Assembly: GCA_020137815.1 (NCBI GenBank)
Contig: CM035350.1
Coordinates: forward strand, 744,001-808,000
Direction of reading: 5' to 3'
Source: Hormiphora californensis
Taxonomy: Eukaryota > Animalia > Ctenophora
Length of the DNA: 64,000 nt
The position numbers and the translations under genes were made by a program. Every line of letters starts with the position of its first letter. Position 1 is the first letter of the stretch. The notes under the pieces are model-generated. The model did not search any database. It had not been told where the DNA came from and worked only from the letters and a program-made list of their open reading frames with translations. Below, piece by piece: positions 50,701-61,718 of the stretch.

Positions 50701-51622
50701 CTAAAGTTCTAGCGATACAATAATGGGATTGTGGGCAAAGCAAACACACTAAAGCGGGAGTTAGAATATGTCCGAGGGTTTGGGGAGAAATATCAATTTC
50801 AGGGGTATCAGGGGATCGATATATGCACAAAACCTACTATAGTTCTTCTTATGGATCCGTCTAAATCTAATATGTCATCTCTTTATAGTTGCCTCCTTGG
50901 ATGGATGGGGGGGGGGGGGGGTGATATCGCAACATGATTAAAGATCTAGCAACTCCGCAGAACTGAGGTATATCTGATCCAGTCGACAGCTCTAGCTGAA
51001 AGTGCGTGATATGAACCTGTAGGCATGCCACCTAGTCCTACTACTACTCTCTAGGACAGGAATATATATTTTGTGGGGAGCCACCTCTTCCAATGAGGCT
51101 GTTGTGCTAGACGAAGGACTACCTCCCCTGGGTATCAATTACAGGAGGGAGGGGGACAATGGTTAACGTGGATGGGAGAACAGCTGCAGTTCTGGCAGTA
51201 GAGTGGAACGTATAGCTGTAGGTTACAAGCTTTTTGTTCCTTTTTGTCAATAACAACAGTAATTGATCGGGGCCGATTTAGGACAAATTGCTAGGAGAGC
51301 ATGTACGACTGAAGGCTGCAGCTGTTATAATGGACATGTAAAGACTACAGAAGACCGACTGTCTCAATCATCAGTTGATATGAAAAAGAGAGGTCAACTA
51401 AACAGTAAACACAATGGATAATTGAGATACCACACACAGCATGTTGCACTGTACTGTGCTGTGTTAGGGTGTTGCAATTGCAAACCTAAAAAACCCCCCT
51501 TCCTCCCCTCCCCTACATTGAACAACCTACCTTCACAAAGATCCTGTAGGTGATTCTTATCGGAACTACAGAACCCAGACATAACAACACTACTAGAAAT
51601 GTAGAGGAGAAATAGATAGACA

Positions 51623-51653
<31 letters not shown>

Positions 51654-54600
51654 TCGAGAGAGAGAGAGAGAGAGAGAGAAGAGAGAGAGAGAAAGGATAT
51701 ATTTCGCTGGCAAAGTTGTGAGGTGTGAGCAGATGGCGGCAGGATCCAGTTATTGAAGCAGGCAGAATAAAAGATTTATTTCTCTTTCAACTACAAACTC
51801 CTTCTGTTAGTCCTCAGCACCCCCTCTCTGTTCTTCTTCTCTGTCCTCTCACAACCCCCTCTCTCTTGTGCGGGTGGAGTAATGAAACTCTTGTGGCCCC
51901 TCAAACCCTCACTACACAGTGGTTTTTAGGTGGACATAGGAAAAAAATTTTTCTTCTAAAAATGGTTCTATCCGATAGATATTAGTCCATAGAGTTGTAT
52001 GCCATGCGACCCACCGATTGATTGCTTCAGAATCGATGCGTTATTTGAGTTTTTCGTCATTTTTGACTGTCATTTTTGACTGTCTTTTTTGACTGCCATT
52101 TAACTTGCAGGGTTTTAGGACGAGACGAAAAATAGACATATTCTTCAATGTATGTTGTCTTGGAAGGGCAATTAGGTGAAATTTCAAAATTTTTGGAAAT
52201 TTTTGAAATTTTTTTTTCGGAAAGTCATTTTTCAGCCAAAAACGAAACATAAAGCTATGTCATACACAGAGTCGTCATGAGTCGTCACGGGAGACCAGTT
52301 TTATTTGAAAGGCCTGACAAATATCTATCTTTTAGTGTATGGGGCACTTCTCCGAAACGATCCGAAAATTGGGTAAAAAATCATTGATTGAAGCGTGTTT
52401 TTCACTTTTAAAAAATGATTTTTTATAAATGAGTAGCTGAGGCCTGACTTGACATGTTTTCCGACCTATTTTTGCACGTTAAATCGATTGCCATCAATAT
52501 CGGAGCTCTAGAACCATTGCATCACACGGCTATTTGCTATTTTGTGAAAAAATCCATATTTAACCAAAATATGAAAAAAATAACAAAAAAGCGTTTTTCG
52601 CCTTTTCACTTCTTATTCAGGCTCATAATTTTATCAGCAATCGATTTCTCGTCCAAAACAAGTGTGGGATATCATGCAAAACATCTTAGTAACTGCATTT
52701 TGAAAGAAATCTTAAAATCTGGCAGTTCTTAGTCTTCATAAATAGAACAAAAATTAATCAAAATAGATGAAATTTTCAAATCTAGCCAAAAAATGTCCAA
52801 AATTTCATTTTAAAATGTTTTCTGCTTTCTATCTCATCATCTTGACCACTTTTTTGCAAAATAACAACGAAAAAAGACGAAAAATCGCGTTTTGACCCCT
52901 TTTCTTTAAGTAAATCGTCTTAATTTTATCAGCAATCGATTCCTCGTCAAAAAATAGTCCGGGGTGACTACGTAAATTTATGCTTTGAAAAAAAATATTT
53001 TCCAGCACCATAATGATTCGCCGATATCTCCGTAACCTTTCAACCTAGAGCTTTGAAACTATGTGGAAACGTATTTTTTGCATCGGTTTACCCTAGGAAC
53101 TACCCCATGTGATCCAAACATGTGTTGATCTACCCTATGTCACCCTACCCCCCTCAAAATTACCACTGTGCACTACCCACATTGATTCCCTGAGAGACAC
53201 TCTGTGGTATACAGTGTGTGTCATTGTGTCAAACTAGGGGACATGATGTGTGTAGAGAGATTGGAGGGGGTGGGTCATGAATTATATTCCTGGTGGTAAC
53301 AACAGTTACAATAGTTACTGTAAATTACAATCGGTATAGAGGCAGTCCCTTGTTGAAAGAAATCCAGAAAATTCAATAAGAACACAAGTCATGGATATCA
53401 CATGGTCTTGGCTTGTATATTAATTTAGGCAAACCCCAAGTATTTAAGTGCACCTAGTGCTCTTAAAATCAATAAAGGGTGCTAAGATACACACAATCGA
53501 CTCTACAAAAGGGGAATTATTATCATGCTGTGTTAGGGCCGCCTCATTGAAGTCTGTGGCTGCTGGGAGGTTTTAAGCATAATATATCTGTACTACCACT
53601 GCAGCCACCTCTCACACTTGGCACACACACCTGTTATACATCATATCCACTATTATATTGCAACATATGAAGTGAAGGGGCCTAATATAAACCCTAATTT
53701 GGGGACACTACTACTACCAGTACTACTATAAAGTAGGTTCATGACACTATTGACTATAGTAATACTAAAGTGTCATGAACCTACTTTTAGTATTATTAGA
53801 AGGAAGACTATGTGTGTTTAATAGAAGGTCTAGTGTGTGTCACACACATCTGATATGCCTACTATTGTCCAAACAACCACGTAACACTATATTGACACGC
53901 TGTCACTGTGTCATACTATAGTAATAGATAGCTGAGATCAAGAGAGGGAGAGAGGGAGACTGATAGACTGATAGAGAGGGAGAGATGAAACCGATAGACA
54001 ATTGAAGCAGAGTGTGTTACTAAAAGACACTGTCAGGACAGTGAAAAAAGTTTTATGTAGTCAAATTCAATACAAACAGTTGAACATGATATGAGTTTGA
54101 TAAACACAGGCCCACTTCCACGACCACATATCCATTAATATAGTCTACACCTCTCATAAAGCTTCAATTTGTCATAGTCAGCAAATTGTCACGGCCAACA
54201 ATCGATATGAAACTACAGGAATCTGTCAGAGTGCTAGATAGTACGTGATAGCGATGCTCTGCAGTAACATGGCCTCTAATGGGAGTGCGTTGCTGCGTTT
54301 TGCAAGTGTTGCAAAGGTTATCAACTACTGCAGAGACCTTATCTCTTTGTCGACTTTTTACCCCTAAAAGACCTAGAAACACCTAAACTTTGTAACTTAT
54401 CCACACTACTAGAGGGTCCTAGGTTTCAGTATAGTGTGGACTGTGGAATGACGCCTTATTCACTAAAATGAGAGCCCCGACAATTAGTTTAGCAGGAATA
54501 TCACCCTAACAATTAGAATCCCTATTCACACAATTGCTGCAGCTCGAATGCTTAGGATGCCCCCTCTCACACACAAGGGGAGGAATATAACCACCATGCA

Positions 54601-55309
54601 CCTAACCATCATTCTAGAAGTTTAATAATTTTACCATATAGAGCTGTGTTCAGGGTGGTAGCTAGAGATTACCATATTATGTCCTGAACACTAGTGAACT
54701 GATACTTCTCGTATGGAGGGCGAGTGGTGTATGTCTGAATACCAAGTGGAGGGGGGGAGGTATATTCATTACGTGGTTTACTACACTGAATGAATGAGGC
54801 GTGATGCATATCTCGAGCGGGACAATGGTACCTGGAGCTGGGCATGATAATTAGAATATGAGAGAGAGAACATTATGAGAGAACATTATACATTCCATCT
54901 CTGCTTTACAGTCATTATAGCGATCACCGACTTCAGACAATATCGCACATGCTTTTACCGGGAGGGGGGTCTGTCATTTATAATGTGTCGAATGTGTTAG
55001 AATATGAGAAAACGAACATGAGGACGCCGGGGGAGGACATTATTCCACCTGCTTTACAGCTTTAGTCATTATAGCGATCACTGATATGACTCTAGTGATT
55101 TCTAACATGACCTTACCGGGGTCTGTCAGTGTGCCGAGATGGATAACAACTGAGCCCCAGTAACATTTAGTCGGTTTTTGTGGTTGTCTGAACTGACGAC
55201 TCTGTGAGGGTCTAACAGCTGAGAGATGTGTGATCTAACCTGCGGTAGAGAGTCGTTCATCATCCAGACTGTACCTCTTCTTCATCTGGCACACTGTTAT
55301 CGGCCTCAT
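41742..55309 (-). CDS. Villin/advillin-like actin-binding protein (six gelsolin repeats plus headpiece)
   Basis: [94 protein letters not shown] and headpiece [27 protein letters not shown]. Candidate first coding exon 55309-55240 is in phase with exon 50051-49943. Confidence 0.93.
41968..42226. repeat. Perfect 124-bp foldback carrying a degenerate minimal hammerhead-like motif (Penelope pLTR-like)
   Basis: Arms 41968-42091 and 42103-42226. CCGATGA-AGAGG-TAGAT-CCTC-GAAAC lies at 42132-42157. Confidence 0.6.
46305..48355 (-). CDS. Uncharacterised two-exon gene (N-terminal coiled coil) nested on the same strand in a villin intron
   Basis: Exon about 48355-48140 ([22 protein letters not shown]...) joins in phase 0 to exon 47174-46305. 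Start codon uncertain. Confidence 0.65.
47197..47921. mobile_element. Tc1/mariner-pogo-like MITE
   Basis: TA|GGGTAGAAAGGGGTAAAATGGCAC...GTGCCATTTTACCCCTTTCTACCC|TA, with multiple internal CCATTTTACCCC motifs. Confidence 0.85.
50140..50231. mobile_element. 92-bp T-shaped hairpin insertion with a 9-10-bp direct flank repeat
   Basis: ATCGGTCAT at 50131-50139 and 50232-50240. Outer stem TTGGTGA..GCCACCCCT/AGGGGATGGC..TCACCAA and two inner GNA-triloop hairpins. Confidence 0.7.
51915..53170. mobile_element. Non-autonomous Transib/RAG-like transposon with RSS-like 12/23 asymmetric ends
   Basis: Direct TSD CACTA (51910-51914 and 53171-53175). CACAGTG at both ends. ACATAGG follows 12 bp (left) and 23 bp (right) of spacer. 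No transposase ORF. Confidence 0.88.
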
Positions 55310-55667
55310 TATCTCCAACAAGTCACCTTCCTATAGACAAAGGGAGGGGAGGAGGAGGTTAGTACTTGTATAGTCAGGAGTATAGTCAGGAGATCAGGGA
55401 GAAGGGTTGTTGGCGGGAGTTAGGCCCGGGGGGGGGGGGGGGGGGGATGTGATACACGCTACTTACACAACGAGACATAACACAAACTAGAGGATTTTGC
55501 AGCTTGTACCACAGTATTCAACAGAGACAAACAACAAAAGTTTCGATTTCACAGATGAAATAGAAATCCAGGAAGTGACTGTCAGATGCCTGACAGGAAA
55601 GAGAAACTGGTACTGATGGTGGAAACAAAGAGGGATACATCTAGTCATGAACAATGAACGGGAAACG

Positions 55668-55671
<4 letters not shown>

Positions 55672-55716
<45 letters not shown>

Positions 55717-55718
55717 TG

Positions 55719-55808
<90 letters not shown>
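55672..55808. repeat. (GA)n/(CT)n microsatellite; others at about 9148-9254, 18504-18604, 35669-35745, 51625-51690, 60290-60408
   Basis: Directly visible dinucleotide runs. Confidence 0.95.
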
Positions 55809-55812
<4 letters not shown>

Positions 55813-56214
55813 GTACTCCTCCAAATAGGAACAATGAACATTTCATTGTAGCAGTTTTCAAAGGCCTGCAGAGAAGCAAACATATACTAGCTGGAGTGTG
55901 AGAAGAAATAAAAGTAGAAACAAACAAACATCAACAGTTTGAAAATAGAGGTCAACGGGAGATGTAAAAGCAATTAGTGATTGAAAAGCACAGATCTTTA
56001 GAACTAGAAAGTAAGGCATATTTTACAATTAACTTTCAGATTAACATAATTACGATTACTATAAATCAGGATATTATATAAGACGTATAACTAAGTTGTT
56101 CAGAGAGAGGCATAAGTAGTGGTCCTATAACCACAAGATTACAAATGATACTCACAATTAAGGAACAACATTGAGAACTTTATTTACAGAACGGGGGAAG
56201 AAAGTAGTAGGCCT
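55808..56214. repeat. ~410-bp sequence duplicated at 63583-64000, each copy preceded by (GA)n
   Basis: Near-identical sequence; the second copy carries many small indels. Confidence 0.85.
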
Positions 56215-57970
56215 GGATCAGGGAGGTTCAGCGGGTTCAATTTGTCAACATTCACTTCACACTCTTTATATGCACTTTGCAGACACCTTCCTATTCATAT
56301 ATAAAGACTCCCCCAACGGCAACAGCTAATTCCACAATGAAAAGACCGGGACAATGATCTTTGAAAAGACTCACCCCTCCTTCTCTCTCTCTCTCTCTCA
56401 GCTCCTCTCTCTCTAGGAGAAGCCAACAACGAGAACAACAAAAAGATGACACCAAAATGATATCTGCTATAACGAGACTAACCAGAGTCCTTATCTTTAC
56501 CTCGGAATTAGGACAGAAAACTGGGGATCAAGTTGTGTGCCCTCTGTGTGGGATCGATAGAGGGGTGATTTTGCTGGTGTCTGTTCAAGGGAGGCTGTTC
56601 AGTAATGTGTGTCATTAGTAAACTTAGTTCGGAGCGGTACAATTACATAGAACACAGATCAGACAGCGATAGGAAATGCAGAGAGAGAGAGAGAGAGGGG
56701 AGAGAAACACACAGACACTGCTAGTGTGAAGTGTCTTAGATAGTGTCTTAGACAGAATAACTCGTCATTCGTCATTCGTGACCCACATAATGAACGGTGT
56801 CCGGATATGTTAGAGGAGATTAAAACTAAATACTAGATCCAGTAGGATTCTAAACTACATTATACATTTCCGATACATGATCGAAGAATGCATGATTAAG
56901 CTCAATTCTAAAAGTATACAAATCGCTTTCCTGTTCCAAAGAGTATTACTGTCGACATAGCTATTAATACTACCGGTAAACACCATGATTGCAGCCTAAC
57001 GACTGGAAGGTCGCTGTATTGGCCATCATCGTGATGCTTTTACTTAGCGAAGATTCGCCACATAATACCCTCTCAAATATCAAATATACTAATAACTATC
57101 TATTTCTTGGCTCTTTCATTTAACCATCATGCTAAATTTTGACTCTCCACTCCCATTATCTCTTTCTCCTAAATTCATAACAGCAGGCCATATGAACTCT
57201 GGATGAAATGAAGATGGAGAATCATTACTGGTAATTTGGAAGAGAGAAATATAATTGGAGAGAATGTTCATTAGTACTGCAAGCAATGAACAAACTGCTA
57301 CTACTGAGGAGTCAGTTACTGTAAAAGTAGGAGTCACGCAGGGACAGGGACAGCTTAGCCCGAAATTGGAATCAATGTCCGCACCAATTTGTAGAGTTTC
57401 AACCCACGTCGGACCGTACTTTGAGATCTCTCACGCGGAAATTGAGCCACACATTTCGGAATGTAAAGGTAAGTATAATCATTTATATATACACGTATAG
57501 TGTAAAATAATGAGCACGCACCAAAAGCCTACGCTGACTACTCATTCGCACTTTCAAAAAGTGCTACGTACAAAACACGAGCATACAAAACACCAACCAG
57601 ACAACCCCCACACAACACGAAATACGAAACACGACATCACAAAAACACGAATCATATACCGCGAAAATTCAAAACACCTAACCTATTAAAAGAAAAATCA
57701 CACGCCATAACCCCAGGGACGGCGCTGGTTGCGGGGTCCGGGTGTCCGCGGACACCCAGACCAAAAAAGGACGGGAAGAGAAAAGAAGAAAAATGAAAAC
57801 AAAAAACAAAAACAATTTGAAAAAAAATCGTTGAAACTGCCGAAAATTTTGGATTGCGCGCAGCCGGGTGTCAGGAGCGTGCCTGGGCACCCAGGGTTCA
57901 GCGCGCACCTGTCGCACGGCCGAGCTAAAGTCCGGATTTTTTGAAGTTGTAACCCCCCCTTCTAGTGCGC

Positions 57971-60304
57971 CAGGGACGGCGCTGGGCCTGGCCAGCAAGT
58001 CCTGGGATGTCCGGGGACAGGTGCGAGCCCTCGGTAAGGGCGGGTGGGGGGTGAATTGGAAACCCCACAGCCGGGGTCCAGGTGGCGAGCCCCGCCAGGG
58101 GGTGTAGGGGGCAGAGCCCCGCAGGCAGGGGGTTCCACGGGGATGCAAGCCCCCGGTGGAGGTGAGGGGGCAAAGCCCCCCGAAAATTTCGCACATTTGG
58201 AGGCGTTTTAAACGTTTTAAGCATTTCTGGAACTCTTTGTGTGAAAAATGGAAAAAAAAAAGATTTGAATTGCAAGGTTTCTGTTCACAAGAGAAAAAAA
58301 AAAACTCATCCGAGCGTGCACACAAACTTTCTGGGTGAACAGGACACCCTGGTCATTGTCTCAAAATGCACGGTGGCGGCGCGGAAGAACCCTCTTTATG
58401 CTCTGCACGTGAGTTTACGGTTGAGCCGCAGATGAACCTGGGGTCGGCAACACAGTGGACCACGCGGACAGTTTTTTTGAGCCCACCGAATTGCACGCGC
58501 AAATCAATGTCCGCGCGCACCATTTGTAAGAGTTTTCAATCTCTTTACATAGCGCGTTCTGGGAAATCTATGTGAAATACTTTGCGCGCTATTTTCTCTT
58601 CACAGAGTGTTCCAGTGTGTACAACGCGAATCTTTATGGGGGGTGTGAGCACCCGATACACTCTGATCTGTTTAGTGGTTCCTAAATTTGCCGGAATTTT
58701 TAGTATCAAGTTCACAAATTACACAGTTAACATCCCAAACATACGTGTGCAGAAGAATTCCCATTCGTGGGTCCTCCTTTTATAATTTATGAACGCTAGC
58801 CTTCTCCCGTTCTCTCAACTTTCACTACCTCACTTTGGCACAGAGTGATTACCGTGATTATTTAGCAATGATAAGTTACTCCTCGGGCTGTGTGAATGTG
58901 ATGATTACGATTTTCTGAAAGGGATCTCACAACTAAAATTGACGTTTCATCTCATGACTTCTTATTTATGCTTAATGAGAGGTAAGAGTTACTTGCAACA
59001 ATAAGCATGATTTGGATTTATAGTTGCGGATTTGACTGTGAAGTGCAAAACCCACGGTGTTCTAACTCACCTCTCCTCTCCCCAGATCTCCGCGATTTGC
59101 ATGGGGTTAGATGTGCCTGAGCTGAGATGTGATTCGGTTAGTGGTGCCTTGATGTCTGATGAGGAATCAAAACACACCCAGTTCGAAGAGTAAACTCTTT
59201 AACCACGATACAAGAGTTTCTGCTGACCGATAACTTAAAAAAAATGGTAGGAGGTTAAAGTAGTGATTCGGGAGTCTGTTGGGTTAGGTTATCTGTTTGA
59301 GTTTTTTTGAGTTAGTTATTTGTTTTGTGTTTACTACTATGAGAAAGTAAGATGTAGAGTTTATTGCAAAGAATTAGCCATTGGGTTTATGGTTTTTTTT
59401 GCTTATCTCCTGTGTTGGTAACCCACGGCCACACTGTTTCTAAACACCATCCCCCCCCCCCGGTGCTGCCACCCCCCCCAGGTGATGATCCCATATGTGT
59501 ATGTGATCCCAATATGTGTACAGTATACGTAACTCCCGCGAGTGGGTCATGTGTAATGGGTGGAGATAGAGAATTACCAAAGAATGGATGAGAAACAGTC
59601 ACAATTGGTCTGGGAAGAGTATACCCCAGAGTGAAGAAAGAGCTTTTTGTTTCGGCTCTGAGCTGAGAGCAGGAGATTAGAGAATGGATGAGAGGGTGAT
59701 TTGGTTTCTTCGTGATTGACGGGGAGCAGGAGGTCCAAACCACACCACCCAAGTTAATTATGGGAACTGGACCTTCTGAGGGGACATTAAAAAATGGTAG
59801 GTCAGGTAATAAGTAGTGGTGCCTTTGTATGAGGTTTTATTAATTCTTAAGAAAGAGAGTGTAGAAGAGGCTCACGTTGAGAGGAGCGTCGAGAGAGGAG
59901 GAGAGAGAGAGAGGAGATAGAGTAGAGAGTGATAGATAGCTGGATAGGGAGCGTGAGAAGAGCAGAGTAGAGATGAGAGAAGGATGCTTTGTAGAGAGCA
60001 GGGAGAGAGAGACGAGCGAGTGAGAGAGGGAAGTAGAGAGAGAGCGAGGCGTAAGCGAGCGAGATAGCGAGAGATCGAGAGAGGCGAGAAGAGAGGAGAT
60101 TAAGAGAGAGAGATAGAGAGACGCGAGTAAGAGAGGGGACGACGCGAGCGCGAGAGCTAAGAGAGATAGATAGAGCGAGAAGATGAGCGTCTAGAGCGGA
60201 TCAGAGAGATAGCGAAGTAGATAGAGATCTAGATATAGCGATCGAGAGAGTAGCGCGCAGATCGAGAGAGATACGTATTGAGAAGAGCTCTATCTATCTC
60301 TCTC

Positions 60305-60368
<64 letters not shown>

Positions 60369-61718
60369 GCTCTCTTACTCTCTCTCCTCCTCTCTCTCTC
60401 TCTCTCTCGACTTACCCTTCTTTTCAGGTAACAGTAGGATATAGGCTCCTTGAAGTGCAAACCGCAAGATAGTGGTTGCAGTGAGAACTTATCATATGTT
60501 CACAAGATCGTCGGACCAATTCAAGGGACACATTGCGTTTCATTACGGGGTGTGTTGTGATTTTCAAACTTTGGGTCTGTTGCACCGTAGTGAAGAAAAT
60601 GAAGTTCGTCCCGAGGTGCCATAAATGTTATGTACCCGGATAGATAGGATAATCGATTTGCTTTCGTGAAAGAGTTGTAAACATATATTCAGAGCGTGTG
60701 TAACTTATTAGTAATCCGAATTATTAACAATTAAACCCCATGTTTCTATTTGTTTCCGGCGTGAGGAAGGGTGTATTCTGGCCCGTTGAGAAATTAGGCC
60801 AGGGTGTGGGAAGAGGGGAGGAAAAGTCTCCTCTTTAATTTCCGTGAATTTTAAAATCTCAAACATGACAAATCCTTGTGTTTTACCACGGCTCGTTGCC
60901 AGATGCACTACAAGCTCGAATGGTTACTCATATTTTAATTTCAATTATTCTGTGCCCAATCACAATATCTTCGGTGGGAAAATACTGGGATTGTCTCATC
61001 TCCACACTGAGTCCTGAGAGCTCTTAAATGGGGAAAGTTCAACTCTCCGCACAAACACTAGCTGGATATGACCGCGCGAGCTGTACAAACGGAGTACAAA
61101 CGTGAGTATTGTAAGCACTCGTTTAGAACGTTCTTTCCTTCCACGCGCAGTGTTCCCGCGAAACTCAGTGGGTTCACACCCATCACCACAATCACCATTG
61201 TTCCAATTATGAGAAAACTAGCATAGGGCGGAGTAAGATTTTTTTTGGAGGTTAAAGGGGGACTTCCAACGCTTCTTTCAGTAGCTGCATGATACGCTAC
61301 TCGATAGGCGTGTTGCTTTATTTTCCACAATGGTCAAAATCACTATTGTTGATCTGCTGGGCTAAATAAGCACATTTACGCCTACCCAATCAAGCTGCAT
61401 ACACCTAGAACAATTCCCTAACAGTCAAAAAAAACTTGGGGTTTCAAAGGTTTCTGGTTTTCCTGAAAAAGGCAAAAAACGACAGGTCATCGACCGCGCA
61501 AATGTCAGTCGCGCAAACCGTTTGTCCCAAATCGCGCGTTTGGGTCCACTGTGCGGCAGAGCTCCGGACACCCGGCTGCGCGCAAATCCAAAATTTCGCA
61601 GTTTTCACCGATTTTTTTCAAATTCTTTTTGTTTTTTTCCATTTTTTCTTCTTTTCTCTCTCCGTCTTTTTGGTCTGGGTGTCCGCGGACACCCGGACAC
61701 CCACGAGCGCCGTCCCTG
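57971..61718 (-). mobile_element. Second copy of the same hAT family, inserted in inverted orientation
   Basis: CAGGGACGGCGCT termini; TSD TAGTGCGC/TCGTGCGC (7/8 match). Arm order is reversed relative to the outer copy. Confidence 0.85.
58451..61553. mobile_element. Second Transib/RAG-like element (innermost of the stack), ~3.1 kb
   Basis: TIR CACAGTGGACC; TSD CGGCA (one extra A on the left). GGACA motif with ACA after 10 bp (left) and 21 bp (right). No intact transposase seen. Confidence 0.75.

Noticed and set aside
51910-51914. CACTA-superfamily terminus
   Set aside because: CACTA recurs as a direct repeat at 53171-53175, not as inverted TAGTG, so it is the TSD.
59880-60290. Complex GA-rich tract as a functional element
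   Set aside because: Looks like a miscalled (GA)n microsatellite from raw long reads.
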